64,000 nucleotides of DNA from Macrostomum lignano (Eukaryota), in contig NIVC01000558.1 in NCBI GenBank assembly GCA_002269645.1, forward strand, positions 62,001 to 126,000, in the 5' to 3' direction. The notes beneath the pieces are model-generated. The model did no database searches. It was not told the origin of the DNA and saw only the letters and a program-made list of their open reading frames with translations. Position 1 is the first letter of the stretch. Each line of letters begins with the position of its first letter. The translations under genes were made by a program, and so were the position numbers. Positions 1-11,780 of this stretch are shown here, one piece after another.

Positions 1-39
1 CTAATTATTTTACCAATTATGTGAAAATGCATCACAAAG

Positions 40-1983
40 GTGAACCACAAATCCCTTGCAGAGTACTCGACTGATCCTGTGGAGTCGCTGAACTCCGCTG
101 CTCCGATAAGATCAGCTGGTGGCAGCAGCGACATTCACTGCACTGTGCAGTGCTCGGCCGCTGGAGCTGCCGTCTGCGCTGCCACCGCCTACGTGAAAGA
201 GACTCGGCTGTGCCTGTTCTCAGGAGTGAGCAATGCGGACTTTTCTGCTGCCGCTCCGAGCAGCATCGTTTATCGAAGAGTAAAAGGTGCGCAAGTGCGG
301 GTTTCATTCACTTTTTATGGGCAGTTTTTTCATACTGTAGGGCCTTTTTTGGTAACTGAGACTTGAACCACGACGTGTGTCCGGAAAAAAGTGTTCTTTT
401 TTGTGCTTCTGACGTTTGGTAAGTTGCACTTTGGTGTCGTTTAAAAGCGGCAATTTACGAGCTATTTGTTTAAAATGAATCGAATTGCTATTAATATATT
501 TTTATATATTAAGAGATACTCGTATTTAAGTACAGGGAGATTGGTCATTGAAGGTGAGGTGAGAACCTGTATACGCACGAGCTGTGAGGAAAAAATTATC
601 GATTGCCACTGAGCAGAATGCAAATTTCAACGGATATTTGAGTTTCTGTAAGTCTACGAGCACTCTCTCTCGCTTAAGTCATGTTACCTCGCGTACGCTT
701 TCCAACAACTTACCAAACTTCCGCAACACAAGTATAACACTATTTTCCGTACAACCCTCATAATTAGCTGATTGATTAATGCAGAAATACAGTAAATCTA
801 AATGACTACTATTCCACGATTTTCAAGATGAATTGACAACATTAACAGCAGCAGCAGCAGCAGCAACAACAACAACAACAACAACAACAACATCAACAAC
901 AAGAACTGCTTCTACTACTCCTACAACTTCTGCAACTACAAATACTACTCCTTCTCCTACTCCCGGATACCATGTGATGATGAGTCGTACAGGACTCACA
1001 CTTAGCTTTGCTCGAACTTGGACTGAGTACGAAAACGGCTTCGGCGATGGAGTGGACATGTGGCTCGGTGAGACCTACGAGAGTATTGGTTCAACAGAAA
1101 CAGTTTTAACCTACGAGTAGCTTATTTTAGTAATAAAAGATAAAAACATTTAAACATTTGTTTTCCTAAAGTCTTTGTGACGAAAGATTTAATAACTTAC
1201 CATCGACCCTTTAGCAGGGCTGTGACTTTTGATTTATGTTATGATGACTCATATGACGACTTAAAAGTGAGTAAAATTTTAAGTAGCACGAATTCTTCAA
1301 ATGATGATTCATATTTTTATTACACCTGCCCCAATCGGCAGATGTGCAACCGACAGCTCAGCCGCAGCTATTGCGCGCGCATCTGAAGGCTGCGTACGGC
1401 TGTTCAGTCTAAGGACTCTAACCATGCACTAGGCTACAACCCCTTGTATATTAATTTACTTGTAACAGTCGCTGTTTGACTTGTAGACTTGTACTAAAAA
1501 AGACATTTTTAATCGCCACAGCAAGCTTTATGCTTATCCAATCTTGCATTAAAATCACTTGATTCAGGCCTGAAAGAAATAAATGAGCTGACTGGGAGCA
1601 CGCCAAAAAAGCTGAGAGTGGAGACTGTGTCCACTGCTGGCGTTTCGTACGTCGATGAGTATTCCGGATTCTCCGTGGGCGATGCCAGCACCAACTACGC
1701 CATGACCTTCGATGCTCATTTGACGGCCAGCTCAAACACGACTGGCGACTCGCTCACCTATCACAAAGGCGCTCAGTTCTCCACCATGGACAGGGATAAC
1801 GATCAATCGCCCACTTCTTGTACCTCGCAATACGGCAATGGCGGCTGGTGGTTTAAATCCTGTTTTCGTACTCTTCCCACGGGAGGAGCCTACACAGCGT
1901 CCAACGGGGCGACCGTCGATCCCTTCATTCGCTGGATATACGCTGATGAACTTCAACAGGCTATTCGATTGCTGCTGATTTAA
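40..1983 (+). CDS. PAN/apple domain + Thr-rich stalk + fibrinogen C-terminal (FReD) protein, 5' end probably upstream of the window
   Basis: Exons 40-286, 828-1067 and 1568-1983 join in frame through GT-AG introns (about 300 aa). Exon 1 has PAN-type Cys spacing (HCTVQC...VCAATAY...LCLF). Exon 2 has a (GCA)n(ACA)n Ala/Thr run, then FARTWTEYENGFG..MWLG. Exon 3 has GDSLTYHKGAQFSTMDRDND and GGWWFKSC, typical FReD motifs. Confidence 0.85.
1355..1443 (-). mobile_element. Internally deleted copy of the tRNA-derived SINE at 19482-19742
   Basis: agctcagccgcagctattgc...gaaggctgcgtacggctgttcagtctaaggact matches the SINE tail near 19482-19545, and cactaggctacaacccc matches its head end. Lies in an intron. 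Confidence 0.7.
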
Positions 1984-4012
1984 AACAATTTCTAGCTTTA
2001 ATTCTTCACTCTCGAGATCAGGAGTGCGGTTAATGGACATACGTTGTTGGTTCTGTAAGACGTGAAAGCTATATTTCGACGCAATATTTTTTTGGCTTTG
2101 TTATAAAAGCATGAAATCTGTTTTCAACATACATGTAGTTGCCGAAGGCCCGAAATCGAAAAAGTCCATTTTTCAGAGGATTCTTAACCATTCATAACTC
2201 TGCCCATTTAAACTTTCTTTCATAAATATTATTGGTGATAAAGTTTTTCGCAACCTCCCCAATAGCTTTTTTTGGCGGTGCACTAGCAATCTAAAAAGTA
2301 AATCTGCGGCTGTCAGTCAGTCCAATTCTAACCCTAATTTTATTCTCATCCTATAGGAGACACTTTCTCCACTTACGTTTATTGGAAATTATATAATGTC
2401 AAATGAAAATCGATACTAGCTAATATGGATCTAGCAATTCGCCTGCACTGTATTTAATTTTTAAACCGACGCCAAATTTGTCGACTGCCCACAAAGATTT
2501 CAACACCAACAAGAACTGTAGTTTAAAGTCTGAAAAAAATAATCTATAATCATTATCAAGCAATAATTTTCACAACTTTAATTGTGTTTTTTCTTCGATT
2601 CGCTAAAACAGCCGCTGAAAAGAGTCTATCTTTGTCTTATCATTCTCTTAATTTTTTATTCTCTGTACTGTCTAGAAAGCGATTTTTTAAATAGCAAGAT
2701 CTTCTGTCATATCCAACTATAGCTACTAAATTCTAAATCCTAAATATACGCTATCAAAAAACTCACAATCTAAAATATCAATAGATCGCAATTTCTTTAA
2801 CGAGCATCCGTTTAATCAAAGCTGAATCCAATCCTAACGTTGTTTTAATACTTTTATTTTATCATAGTAGCCATTGTCGTTTAGAGAGAAAAATTCCAAA
2901 AATCACTGCTGCACAGAACATGCAACGATCATTTTGTTAAATTGGACAACCATTTAAAGAGATCAAAGCCTTAACTGAAATCGTATGAAGTCCACCGTAT
3001 GAAGTCTGTTAGGGCTAAAAGAGCGTTTCGTTTAGTAGTTTTCTTAGGCTTTGTTTGCGAGGGAAATATTTTAAAACTTGATTAGACATTAATTTTTCTT
3101 CCGCGGGCAAACTAGTGGGAAAGATACCGGATACTTGTACATGTACATTTATTACATCATTGGGGCCATGTGCCCAGGCTCAATGCCAAGCACGCAGTCA
3201 CAATTAAATTGAAAATAAATTGGAATCTCGGCTTGGCGCTGCTCGTGCAATCAAGGTCCTTGAGGGCCAGCCCTAAGGCACAGTGAAGTGTACATGTACC
3301 ACACTTGGCTCCCCAACCCTTGAGAGCAATCAACACGCTTTGATTTATTTTGACGTTTAGAGTTTTAAGCCAATAGCTGTTTTTCGTTTGTATCTGTGTA
3401 TTTTTGCACCATTACAGAGAACTCAATTCATAAATGAACTCAATTGAGCAGACTCAATTCAATAAATGAAAAACCGAGAGAAACGGTCATTTGATGAGAG
3501 TTTAACAAATCGAGATCAAATTCAAATGCAATCTTGAAATCGGCAATAAAAGTTAAACAAATTATCTTATGCTAGCATTCACTTGTATGATTACCTGATT
3601 AAACGGGTTGTAGAAATATCACGGATTTATGGTAGAGACAGTCCGTTTTTGGCTAAAAATGAGACACCGCATAGAGAGACTGCCATTCGGAGATGTGATT
3701 GCAAATAGCTGTGTCCAAGATAGGCTCGTAGGCACACGTACAACGAAGCTTCAGTTTACATCCAGAGCATTCAGGTAACTTGCATTCACTCCAGTTCTAT
3801 TGAGACTTTTTTCAAAGGTTAACCTACCAAAGCATATTTATGAATTTGAAATTTGAAAAAATGAAATATGAAATATGAAATTTGAAAATTTTGAAATATG
3901 AAATATGAAATTTGAAAAAATGGCGTTAGTGCCTTCTCTGGCTAATACATGAAATCAGAAGTTTACGAACTCAAACTTGTCCAGTAGTTAAGCCGAATTG
4001 CTCTGTCAGGAC

Positions 4013-5235
4013 TCAGGTGAGATGATAGACCAGAAAGAAATAACGCAGCATGTCAAACTCCGGGCCAAGTACCCAGCAGGTGGGCACAAACCAGCACAAA
4101 TAGGTGCCATAGTACAGAGCGCCAATCGTGACCGGTAGGAGGTATCTACCTGGCTGGAAATGCTTCCTGCGTTGGTGCAGGCATTCAGCAAATACTCGGT
4201 CGCATTCGCAGAAGGCAAACTGGCAACTGGCCTGGTGATTTGAGCAGCTCACCTGCCTACTGGCTGACAGCCAGCGCCAGTTGTAGGGCGTCTGATAGCC
4301 AGTCAGGTGGCTGCAGCGATTGGAATCATGCACGGCATCGAAACATCTGGAACGGAATTGATCAAGTTGAATCAGCCTGCTATAGTGCAAACTGTCTTGT
4401 TCTTGCTTGGAGGGAATTGTTATAATGCTGTGATTCTTGGGGAGAATTACTGAAATGTCAAGGCTTACGGGGGAAGAGTTGATGAAATTTAAAGGCTTTA
4501 GGGTTAGGGATAGGGTTAAGATTAGGGTTAGGGTTGGGCTTAAGGGAAATTGCTGAGATTTCAAGGCTCACGGATGAATAGCTGAGATGTCAAGACCTAC
4601 GGGGGAATAGCTGAGATGTCAAGTTGTACAAGGGGAATCGCTGAGGCTATTGCAAGGAAAAGCTATATGTAGTTTATTCAACAATTTTTATTTCATTCTT
4701 TTTTGGCTCCCCAACGGGAAGCGCTAATAACTATAATAGGCAGGCAGGGCTTATCGTAGACACTAAAGAGGTGGCAGTCGACCCGCAGTCAATGAGTCCT
4801 TTCCGCTCATCCCTTGCCCATCCAGCATGCACGAAATCAAACTGAGATGCACAATTGAACTCATGAACCGCTGCGCCACTCTACTGCCATATAAGTTGTC
4901 ATACGAGCATAAAGGTGTTATAATTTCCATTCTCAGAATTCACATGTACCGGTACTTTAAACAATCTCTCCAACGGTTACCGCACTGACGTACTTGTCGT
5001 GCCTGTAGCAGCAGTCATCGATGGGATCTAGCACCGGTCCACCACCGCCGTAGCCGCACCAGTTAGCGTAGCCGAGTAGCCGCAGCGGCTCGATACCCGT
5101 CGTTGCGCGCACCATGTTCCTCAGCGTCACAATGCTGCGCTTCGAGCGCTGACTAATAGGCGTTGCTAGGGTCACTTCGGACAGCAGCAGAGTCGTTGAC
5201 ATGACGACTATTGCTAGCAAGAGCCTGTTCGGCAT
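4013..5235 (-). CDS. Secreted phospholipase A2 (group I/II/X-like fold) with C-terminal hydrophobic extension
   Basis: Exons 5235-4994 and 4346-4013 (191 aa). Signal peptide, RSKR propeptide site, Ca-loop YANWCGYGGGG, catalytic CCYRHD and FCECDR. Confidence 0.9.
4420..4680 (+). mobile_element. Degenerate relic of the Helitron internal 30-bp repeat family, in the PLA2 intron
   Basis: gggggaatagctgagatgtcaag(g)cttac units are the reverse complement of the cccccagtaagccttgacatctcagcaatt unit at 59950-63060. Similar relics at about 9660-9740 and 12020-12350. Confidence 0.6.
4690..4890 (-). mobile_element. Possible second tRNA-derived SINE
   Basis: The minus strand begins ggcagtagagtggcgcagcggtt (A-box-like). 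The B-box is degenerate. Intronic. Confidence 0.3.
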
Positions 5236-6559
5236 GTTCTTGGTCTATTCAAGCGATGTATCTGTTAGAGAGTTGTGGGCAGTGAGCAACCACTCTAAAG
5301 ATTCCGTGCTTCCGAGTTTTCTTGCAGGTACACGCATTAATTATCAAATTGTTACTTTTCTCCTAGGGATTGTAATAGGAGTTTCTAATTGAGTAATAAA
5401 ACGTAACTTGATTCCAGTGTTGTAGAGGTTGCACTTTACTGGAGGTTGTACGAAAAGGTTACTGCAGGTTCGTGAAGGTTGTAGGTTCCTGCAGGGTCGT
5501 AGAGGCGCTAGTAGTTTCAGTATAGTTCCAGACAACGAAACCCAAGCAAGTATTCAGAAAAAGAAAAGATCAAGCGCTTACAGAAATCCTCTGAATAGAA
5601 TGCAGCTGAGTTTGCAGTATGAAATCAAGCTGACATGACAAATGCTTAGCTTTTGGCTTTATGAAGTCACGTCAGTCTCTTCTGCCTTCACAACGCGGGA
5701 AGAGCATATAGTGTCCTGCTCTACCGGTAAATCTGCTGTATTGCGTAAGCAAACATTTACTTGTGAAATACATGTAACTAACGCCTGCTTTGGTCAGTTT
5801 TAAACATGATTCATTTTAAATCAATAGGGACTGCCTACTACATTTATCTGAAAAAAAGTAATGAGATAGTGTCAGCTTTCAGTTTAGCGCAGATAAGATT
5901 ACCTGCGAGCTGTAGTTCGCCGGACAAATTCGTCCTCAAAGAATCCAGAATCTGTAGGTCAGACGGGCTCTGTAGTTCACATACCAATCTCGGTTGGCAA
6001 AGCACTAATTCGCAAAATTATACCTGACCCACAATTTAAAACTAGTTAGAATGTACTTCAGAAGTACACTCTGTACTTGTTAAGTTTGTTTTAAATCGTC
6101 ATGAAGTCCGTATAACAAAGTAACAAAAAGAGAATAATCTTTTTTGTGCATCAGCTGATAATTTACACTATTTATTAAAATCTGTTTTCAAGTGTATTAT
6201 TTTAAACACCCATGATCCTGGCATTGTGTTCCACATAACTATTAGAACACGACGTATACAAAGTATGTAATCTATAGCAAATATCAGGTAAAAGATATTG
6301 ATTGTGGGGTAAAAACCATTCAGTGCGAAAATCAAACTTCGTTTCAAAAAGCTGTTGTAAATTTTTAAGCCTCGGAACCATTGTGAAGAAAAAGTGCTGA
6401 GAAAATTAACATGTACAACTATAGATATAATTTAGTGGATTTATGTGTAATTTGGAAGACATTGTACCATAAAAAAGTAAATAAAATCAAGGAAGTCATG
6501 TTCGCAGTAAAAGACCACGCTGCCAAAAGGCACGGACAAAAGAAATGATCAGCTGTTGA

Positions 6560-6960
6560 GCTCGCATGGACAACAGGAATGGAAAAATGGGATGGAAGTC
6601 CTTGATAGTCAGGGACAACAGGAATGGAAGTCCTTGATAGTCAGGGACAACAGGAATGGAAGTCCTTGATAAACATGGACAAATGGGATGGAAGTCCTTG
6701 ATAGTCAGGGATAATAGGAATGGAAGTCCTTAATTGATTGATTAATTACAGAAAAAGTAGTAAAATGTACAACTGCATAATTTAGTGGAATGTTGTGTAG
6801 TTGGGAAGACATTTTATAACAAAACAATAAAATTTTGCGATAAAAAGTCAATGAAATCAAGCAAGTCATGTTCATAGCAAAAAGATCATAGTAAAAAATC
6901 AGCTGTTGAGTTCGCATGGACAACAGGAATGGAAGTCCTTGATAGTTAGGGAAGAACGGA
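6560..6960. repeat. Short tandem/dispersed repeat (ggacaacaggaatggaagtccttgatagtcag) with local duplication
   Basis: Several near-identical 32-bp units. The segment at about 6410-6580 is echoed at about 6760-6940. Confidence 0.75.
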
Positions 6961-7122
6961 AATAAGGGGAAGTCCATAAAAGAATAAAAGAAAAAAATGT
7001 AATATTTTTGTCTGCAAATTAATCGAATAGAACAATTTTACGGTAGGTTCTGTAAATCTAGTCTCAAGGGTAAGTTTAGTCTCGAGTTTGCTTAAATTGA
7101 TAATTTACGTCAAAAAGGCTGC

Positions 7123-8109
7123 TCAGCAGTGCTTGGTTATGAGCCACTCCGCCCCGTCAGCCGCTTGCTTGGAATCGATGGGGTACAGCAGCAGCAGAGG
7201 CCAGTGGTACCATGAGTCACCCAGCGCCACTCGCATGTTGTCCCACACGCCAAGATTGTAGCGTCTCAGGTTGCAGCCCATCTCGAAAAAGGTCTGACCT
7301 CGCAGCACTAGGACAGTCTCAAGGAAGAAGTAGACACATGTGACGCCAAGGCAGCCAATCTGCAGGTACACGCTGAGCACCAGGACAACGTTAACCAGGT
7401 AGCTGTAGTCACTAAACAGCCTCCACAAGGTGACGGGTAGGAAGAGATTACCAGGCAGTTGGAACTGATCAGTCAGGTTGATTGACGTCAGGCAGATCCC
7501 CATTGACAGGCCGATGGTGCTGTAGACGCACATCACCAGGAAGTGCTTCTGGTTGTGGTGCCCGATGCAGCAGCTGGTGAAGTAGCAGTGATGGTCGCGG
7601 CGCAGCACGCACTCGCCGCAGATTTTGCAGTGATGCGACCGCGGCGGAGCGTCTCGCTGGCAGTGCGGACAGGCGCGCCAGCCCTCCTGCATCCGGGTCG
7701 GCTTGGCCGAGGCAGCAGCCGTGACCACCTGATTGGGCTGGTTGCAGTGGAAGCAGTAGACAATGTCTTTGTCATGGTGCCGATTGATGCAGGCCATGAA
7801 GTTCATGAAGGTCTCGGCCATCACAAACAGAATGATGAAGAGGAATCCGGCAAACTGCACAGCGGTCAGGCCCAGCGTCGGCAGGACGAATATTATGCAG
7901 TAGACTGGTACAGCCAACAGGCAGAAAAAGAACGAAAAAACTCCCATGCGATGCAGGTGGTAAGGCTTTGTAGTGAAATCGCGATTGTTGTAATGCTCCT
8001 TCCACTGCTCAATCAGCGTTGGCTCCTTGCTTTGATTGGATTCCACAGATTTGTTGTCATTGCCTGCTGGCCGCTTGGTGACTTGGGAGCTTGTTGAGGA
8101 CATCTTCAT
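7123..8109 (-). CDS. DHHC-type palmitoyltransferase (ZDHHC22/24-like), intronless, 328 aa
   Basis: CPHCQRDAPPRSHHCKICGECVLRRDHHCYFTSCCIGHHNQKHF is a DHHC Cys-rich domain. Two hydrophobic segments lie before it and two after. Confidence 0.93.
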   Translation of the reverse strand: MKMSSTSSQVTKRPAGNDNKSVESNQSKEPTLIEQWKEHYNNRDFTTKPYHLHRMGVFSFFFCLLAVPVYCIIFVLPTLGLTAVQFAGFLFIILFVMAETFMNFMACINRHHDKDIVYCFHCNQPNQVVTAAASAKPTRMQEGWRACPHCQRDAPPRSHHCKICGECVLRRDHHCYFTSCCIGHHNQKHFLVMCVYSTIGLSMGICLTSINLTDQFQLPGNLFLPVTLWRLFSDYSYLVNVVLVLSVYLQIGCLGVTCVYFFLETVLVLRGQTFFEMGCNLRRYNLGVWDNMRVALGDSWYHWPLLLLYPIDSKQAADGAEWLITKHC

Positions 8110-8589
8110 GCAGTAAAAGATAAGTTTGCATAGGTAGGTTTAAACTTGATTTTGAGATAATGTAAAGATGGTAGCAAAATCCATTATGAGATACTCTAGA
8201 TAAAATTTGGACTAGCTAGTCAAATAATGATAAAAACAATGATATATTTTATTTTTCGCTGATCACCTACTTTACTTAAATGGACTTAAATTTAACTTAA
8301 ATTAAATTTATTTGCAATAAGCTAAGTGCTGGATAGATAGCAACATTTGAGGTGTGGGTAAGGATCACATATATCAAATAGTATGTAAAGCTAAACTGTT
8401 GAGAATCGAAGACATTTTGATATTCCTATCAATTGAATAGTCTTTCAACACATGAAAAGGGCGGTGCTATTGACATTTGATAGATTCTTTTGTATATTTT
8501 TCTTGAGGATATCAAATCTACTTTATATGTTGATAATTCATTGATTCATTATTTTCTAAGCGTGGGAATTTTGAGTACAAAATTTTAAG

Positions 8590-8730
8590 TGCATTCTTTC
8601 TAGACAATTAAAAATGTATTAGTAAAAAGAAAACGCTATCCAAATTGGTAAAATAGTTAAAATTTACAGGGTTGCACACAAACAGACAGACAAATCTTAG
8701 AGGTTTAATAATACATGTTAGAGATCTATT
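8590..8730 (-). mobile_element. Degenerate Helitron 5'-end relic
   Basis: aaacgctatccaaattggt...cacaaacagacagacaaatcttagaggtttaataatac resembles the 5' terminal region of the units at 61620-61715. Confidence 0.5.
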
Positions 8731-10369
8731 TCATGAAAAATCTCGACTAAACAATGCACGCTCAAAAAATAGTGCACACTAGTTGCACTTAGCATAACAA
8801 AGTTGAAACCCTCGTTTAGACTTTTCTGAAAGCAAAGCTAAGTATTTGCTTTTTTATTTCAAATGATGCTATTTATTTTAATTAAACATGCTTAGGAGTT
8901 ATGTCTTTAACTAATTTTAACTTTTTTAATTTTAAATATCATTTTGCTTAGCGAGGGCGACGATCGATGAATTCACGTGCACCATGCTTGTTTTGCTTGA
9001 GTTTACTTTATAAATATAAAAGTGCTTTGCTGCGATCCCAGTATTTTTGGATTGAGGTTGGTAGGGCCTATTCTGTCCTACCTCTAGCCAAAAATCGATT
9101 GCATTCTAAGTTAAACAATTCTTGTCTTCATTTATCAAAAAATGATAAATTTAAAATTGGTACTTGGTAGGGATTCAGTAAGATTTTGACTTGAGGTAGC
9201 ACCTTTTAAATTTTTTTCTAAGCGTTACCCTCCTGAGTAAGAGACATCCTACCTTTGAAAATAGTAATAAAAGTTTTGTTTCTTAGGCCTACAACTATTT
9301 TTGTATAACTTTTTGTCTTTTGTAGTTGGTAGGCCCTAACTTATAGGGCCTATAGCGTATAGGCTATAATATGGACTCACTCTAGTGAGAATTTTTTTAG
9401 AAATCCCAAGTTTTTATGATACTGATTTTTAGGCCTAGGCTATGTGTTCTGAGTGCAGCAACATCAAACTTTCTAAAATTGGTCAAGAATTAAAAATTTA
9501 TAAATATTTTTATGAGAGTGCCATCAAAATAGCTAGCACTCTTTTCAAATTATTCATTTAACTTGAAATTGTGCTATTCAAGGCCATACCTTCTAGTATA
9601 GGTTTTTTGTGCAATAGGCCTAAGGATGCTATCTCAACTCTCCAAATTGTTAGTTTATAGGGCATAGGGGGAATAGCTAAGATGTCAATGCTCATAAGGG
9701 AATAACTAAAATGTCAAAACTAAAGTCAAAAGCTATAGCTATGTATTTTATTCAAAACTTTTTATAACAATATTTGCATACATGCGCAACTTCTGAAATT
9801 ACGCTGGCCGTGCGACTTAGTTTTCGATAAAAAATGTGACTTACCTATGAAAGAGCCAAGCAAAAACTTTAGGTAAACGGCAGGAGTAACTATGACCATA
9901 ATTTAAAGCTAATTGCCTCGCCAGCTAATTAGTGCTGCGTGCAGATTTCGCGTTTTTATAACAGCTAATCAGTATGTCATCTAGTGGCGGCATGAAGCAA
10001 TTAGTAAATTGTCAGTACAGTGTAGTGAGCATACTACAAAAGTCATGATTCATGAATGTCCAGAAGTAAGTGAAGTGAATACAGTGTGACCTATAGCTCA
10101 AGAACGATTTGCTAGACGATTTGGCATGGAAGATGAGAGCCCTGATTCAGATGGCTCATCAGATGCAGAATACGAATCCAGTAGAGATACAAGCTGTGAA
10201 AACCCACAGATTTTTAAACCACTGAATTCTAATTCCCGGAACTATTTTTGCATAGATTCTAAATTTGAAGTCATGCTCAAACAAAAACTTGTTAACAGTT
10301 AGGAAAAAGGCAAAGATGGGAGCAATGCATGTTAAACTAAGATTTGAGGCCTTTGCAAATTCTCTCCAT

Positions 10370-11108
10370 TCCTCAATCTTCTCATCCTCTTTTTCTTCTC
10401 TCTCTCATCCCTTATCCCTTCTCTCTTTCCTCTCCTCTCCTATCTCTTCTGTCTCCTCTCTACATTCTTATCTCTCCTCTCGTCTCTCTCCATTCCACTC
10501 TACTCTCTCATCTTATCTTCCCTCTCGTCTCTCTCCACTCTACTCTCTCATCTTATCTCTCCTCTCTTTTCTACTCTCTCATCTCTCCTCTCTTCACTCT
10601 CCTCTCATCTCCTCTTTATCCTCTCTTCTCTCATCTACTCTCTCCTCTTTCCTCTTTCCTCTCTTCTGATCTCATCCATCATCTTTTCTTTCCTCTTTCC
10701 TCTCATCTCCTCTTCTCTCTCATCTCTTTTTCCTCCCTCAGCTTTTCTCTCCTTTTCTATCTTTTCTCCCATCGCATCGCTCGCCTCTCCTCTGTTTGCT
10801 TATCTCTAATCTTCTATTCCCTCTACTTTGAAGTAAGAAAATATGCACATATTTTTGCTGAAGATAAGAGGAGAGAAGAGGGCATTGAGGAGAAAGGGTA
10901 GAGAGAAAGGGGGAGAAGAGAGGAGAGTAAAAATGAGACGAGAGAGAAGAGGGAAAAGGGGAGAGAGAGAAGAGGGGAGGCAAGGTAGAGAAGAAGAGAG
11001 AGATGAGAGTTGAAGAGACACCAACCTTGCTGGTTAGGAAGTTTCAAAGAACCCGAGGGGCGAGGGCCAGATAGAGGGGCTTCGCGAGCCGGAGTTTGCC
11101 AACCCCTG
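10370..11108. repeat. CT-rich arm followed by GA-rich arm, ending in a hAT-like terminus
   Basis: Polypyrimidine 10370-10820, polypurine 10860-11020, and GTTTGCCAACCCCTG at 11094-11108. The same terminus occurs as CAGGGGTTGGCAAAC at 50840-50854. Confidence 0.7.
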
Positions 11109-11244
11109 CTCCAGAGTTTAAGAAATCAATGGGAAACTGTTGACGCGGGCTTCTGATTTCAAAGATCTTGTCTGTGGTTGAAGGCTTCTATTCTGTTTTT
11201 GCTCTCCTGCCACACTTGCACCTACTACCCCCTGATTGCCTCTG

Positions 11245-11780
11245 ATTGTGACTTACTTCCCTCTTATTGCGACTTAGTTGCTTCTTTTTGCGACTTACCT
11301 AATCCTTTTTGCGACTTACCTAACCCTTTTGCGACTTACCTAATCCTTTTGCGACTTACCTAACCCTTTTGCGACTTACCTAATCCTTTTGCGACTTAGC
11401 TGATCCTTTTGCGACTTACCTGATTCTTTTTGCGACTTACCTAATCCTTTTTGCGACTTACCTAATCCTTTTGCGACTTAGCTGATCCTTTTGCGACTTA
11501 CCTGATTCTTTTTGCGACTTACCTGATCCTTTTTGCGACTTACCTGATCCTTTTTGCGACTTACCTAACCCTTTTGCGACTTACCTAATCCTTTTGCGAC
11601 TTACCTAACCCTTTTGCGACTTACCTGATCCTTTTTGCGACTTAGTTTGCTTCTTTTGCGACTTACCTGATTCCTGTTGCGACTTACCTGATCCTTTTTG
11701 CGACTTAGTTTGCTTCTTTTGCGACTTACCTGATCCTTTTTGCGATCAACTTACCTGATTATTTTTACAACTTAGTTTGC
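11245..11780. repeat. About 21-bp minisatellite (ttttgcgacttacctaatcc) inside the hAT element
   Basis: About 24 tandem units. The core gcgactta is also present in the element's subterminal regions. Confidence 0.9.

Noticed and set aside
7543-8097. Antisense ORFs over real genes (also 14160-14462, 15981-16446, 30840-31364, 57195-57635, 58062-58607)
   Set aside because: Shadow ORFs typical of GC-rich coding sequence, with no recognisable domains.
8104-8125. TGCATG at the start of the intronless DHHC gene as a trace of a retroposed spliced leader
   Set aside because: Only about 6 nt resemble a flatworm SL 3' end (from memory), with no further match, poly(A) tract or TSD.
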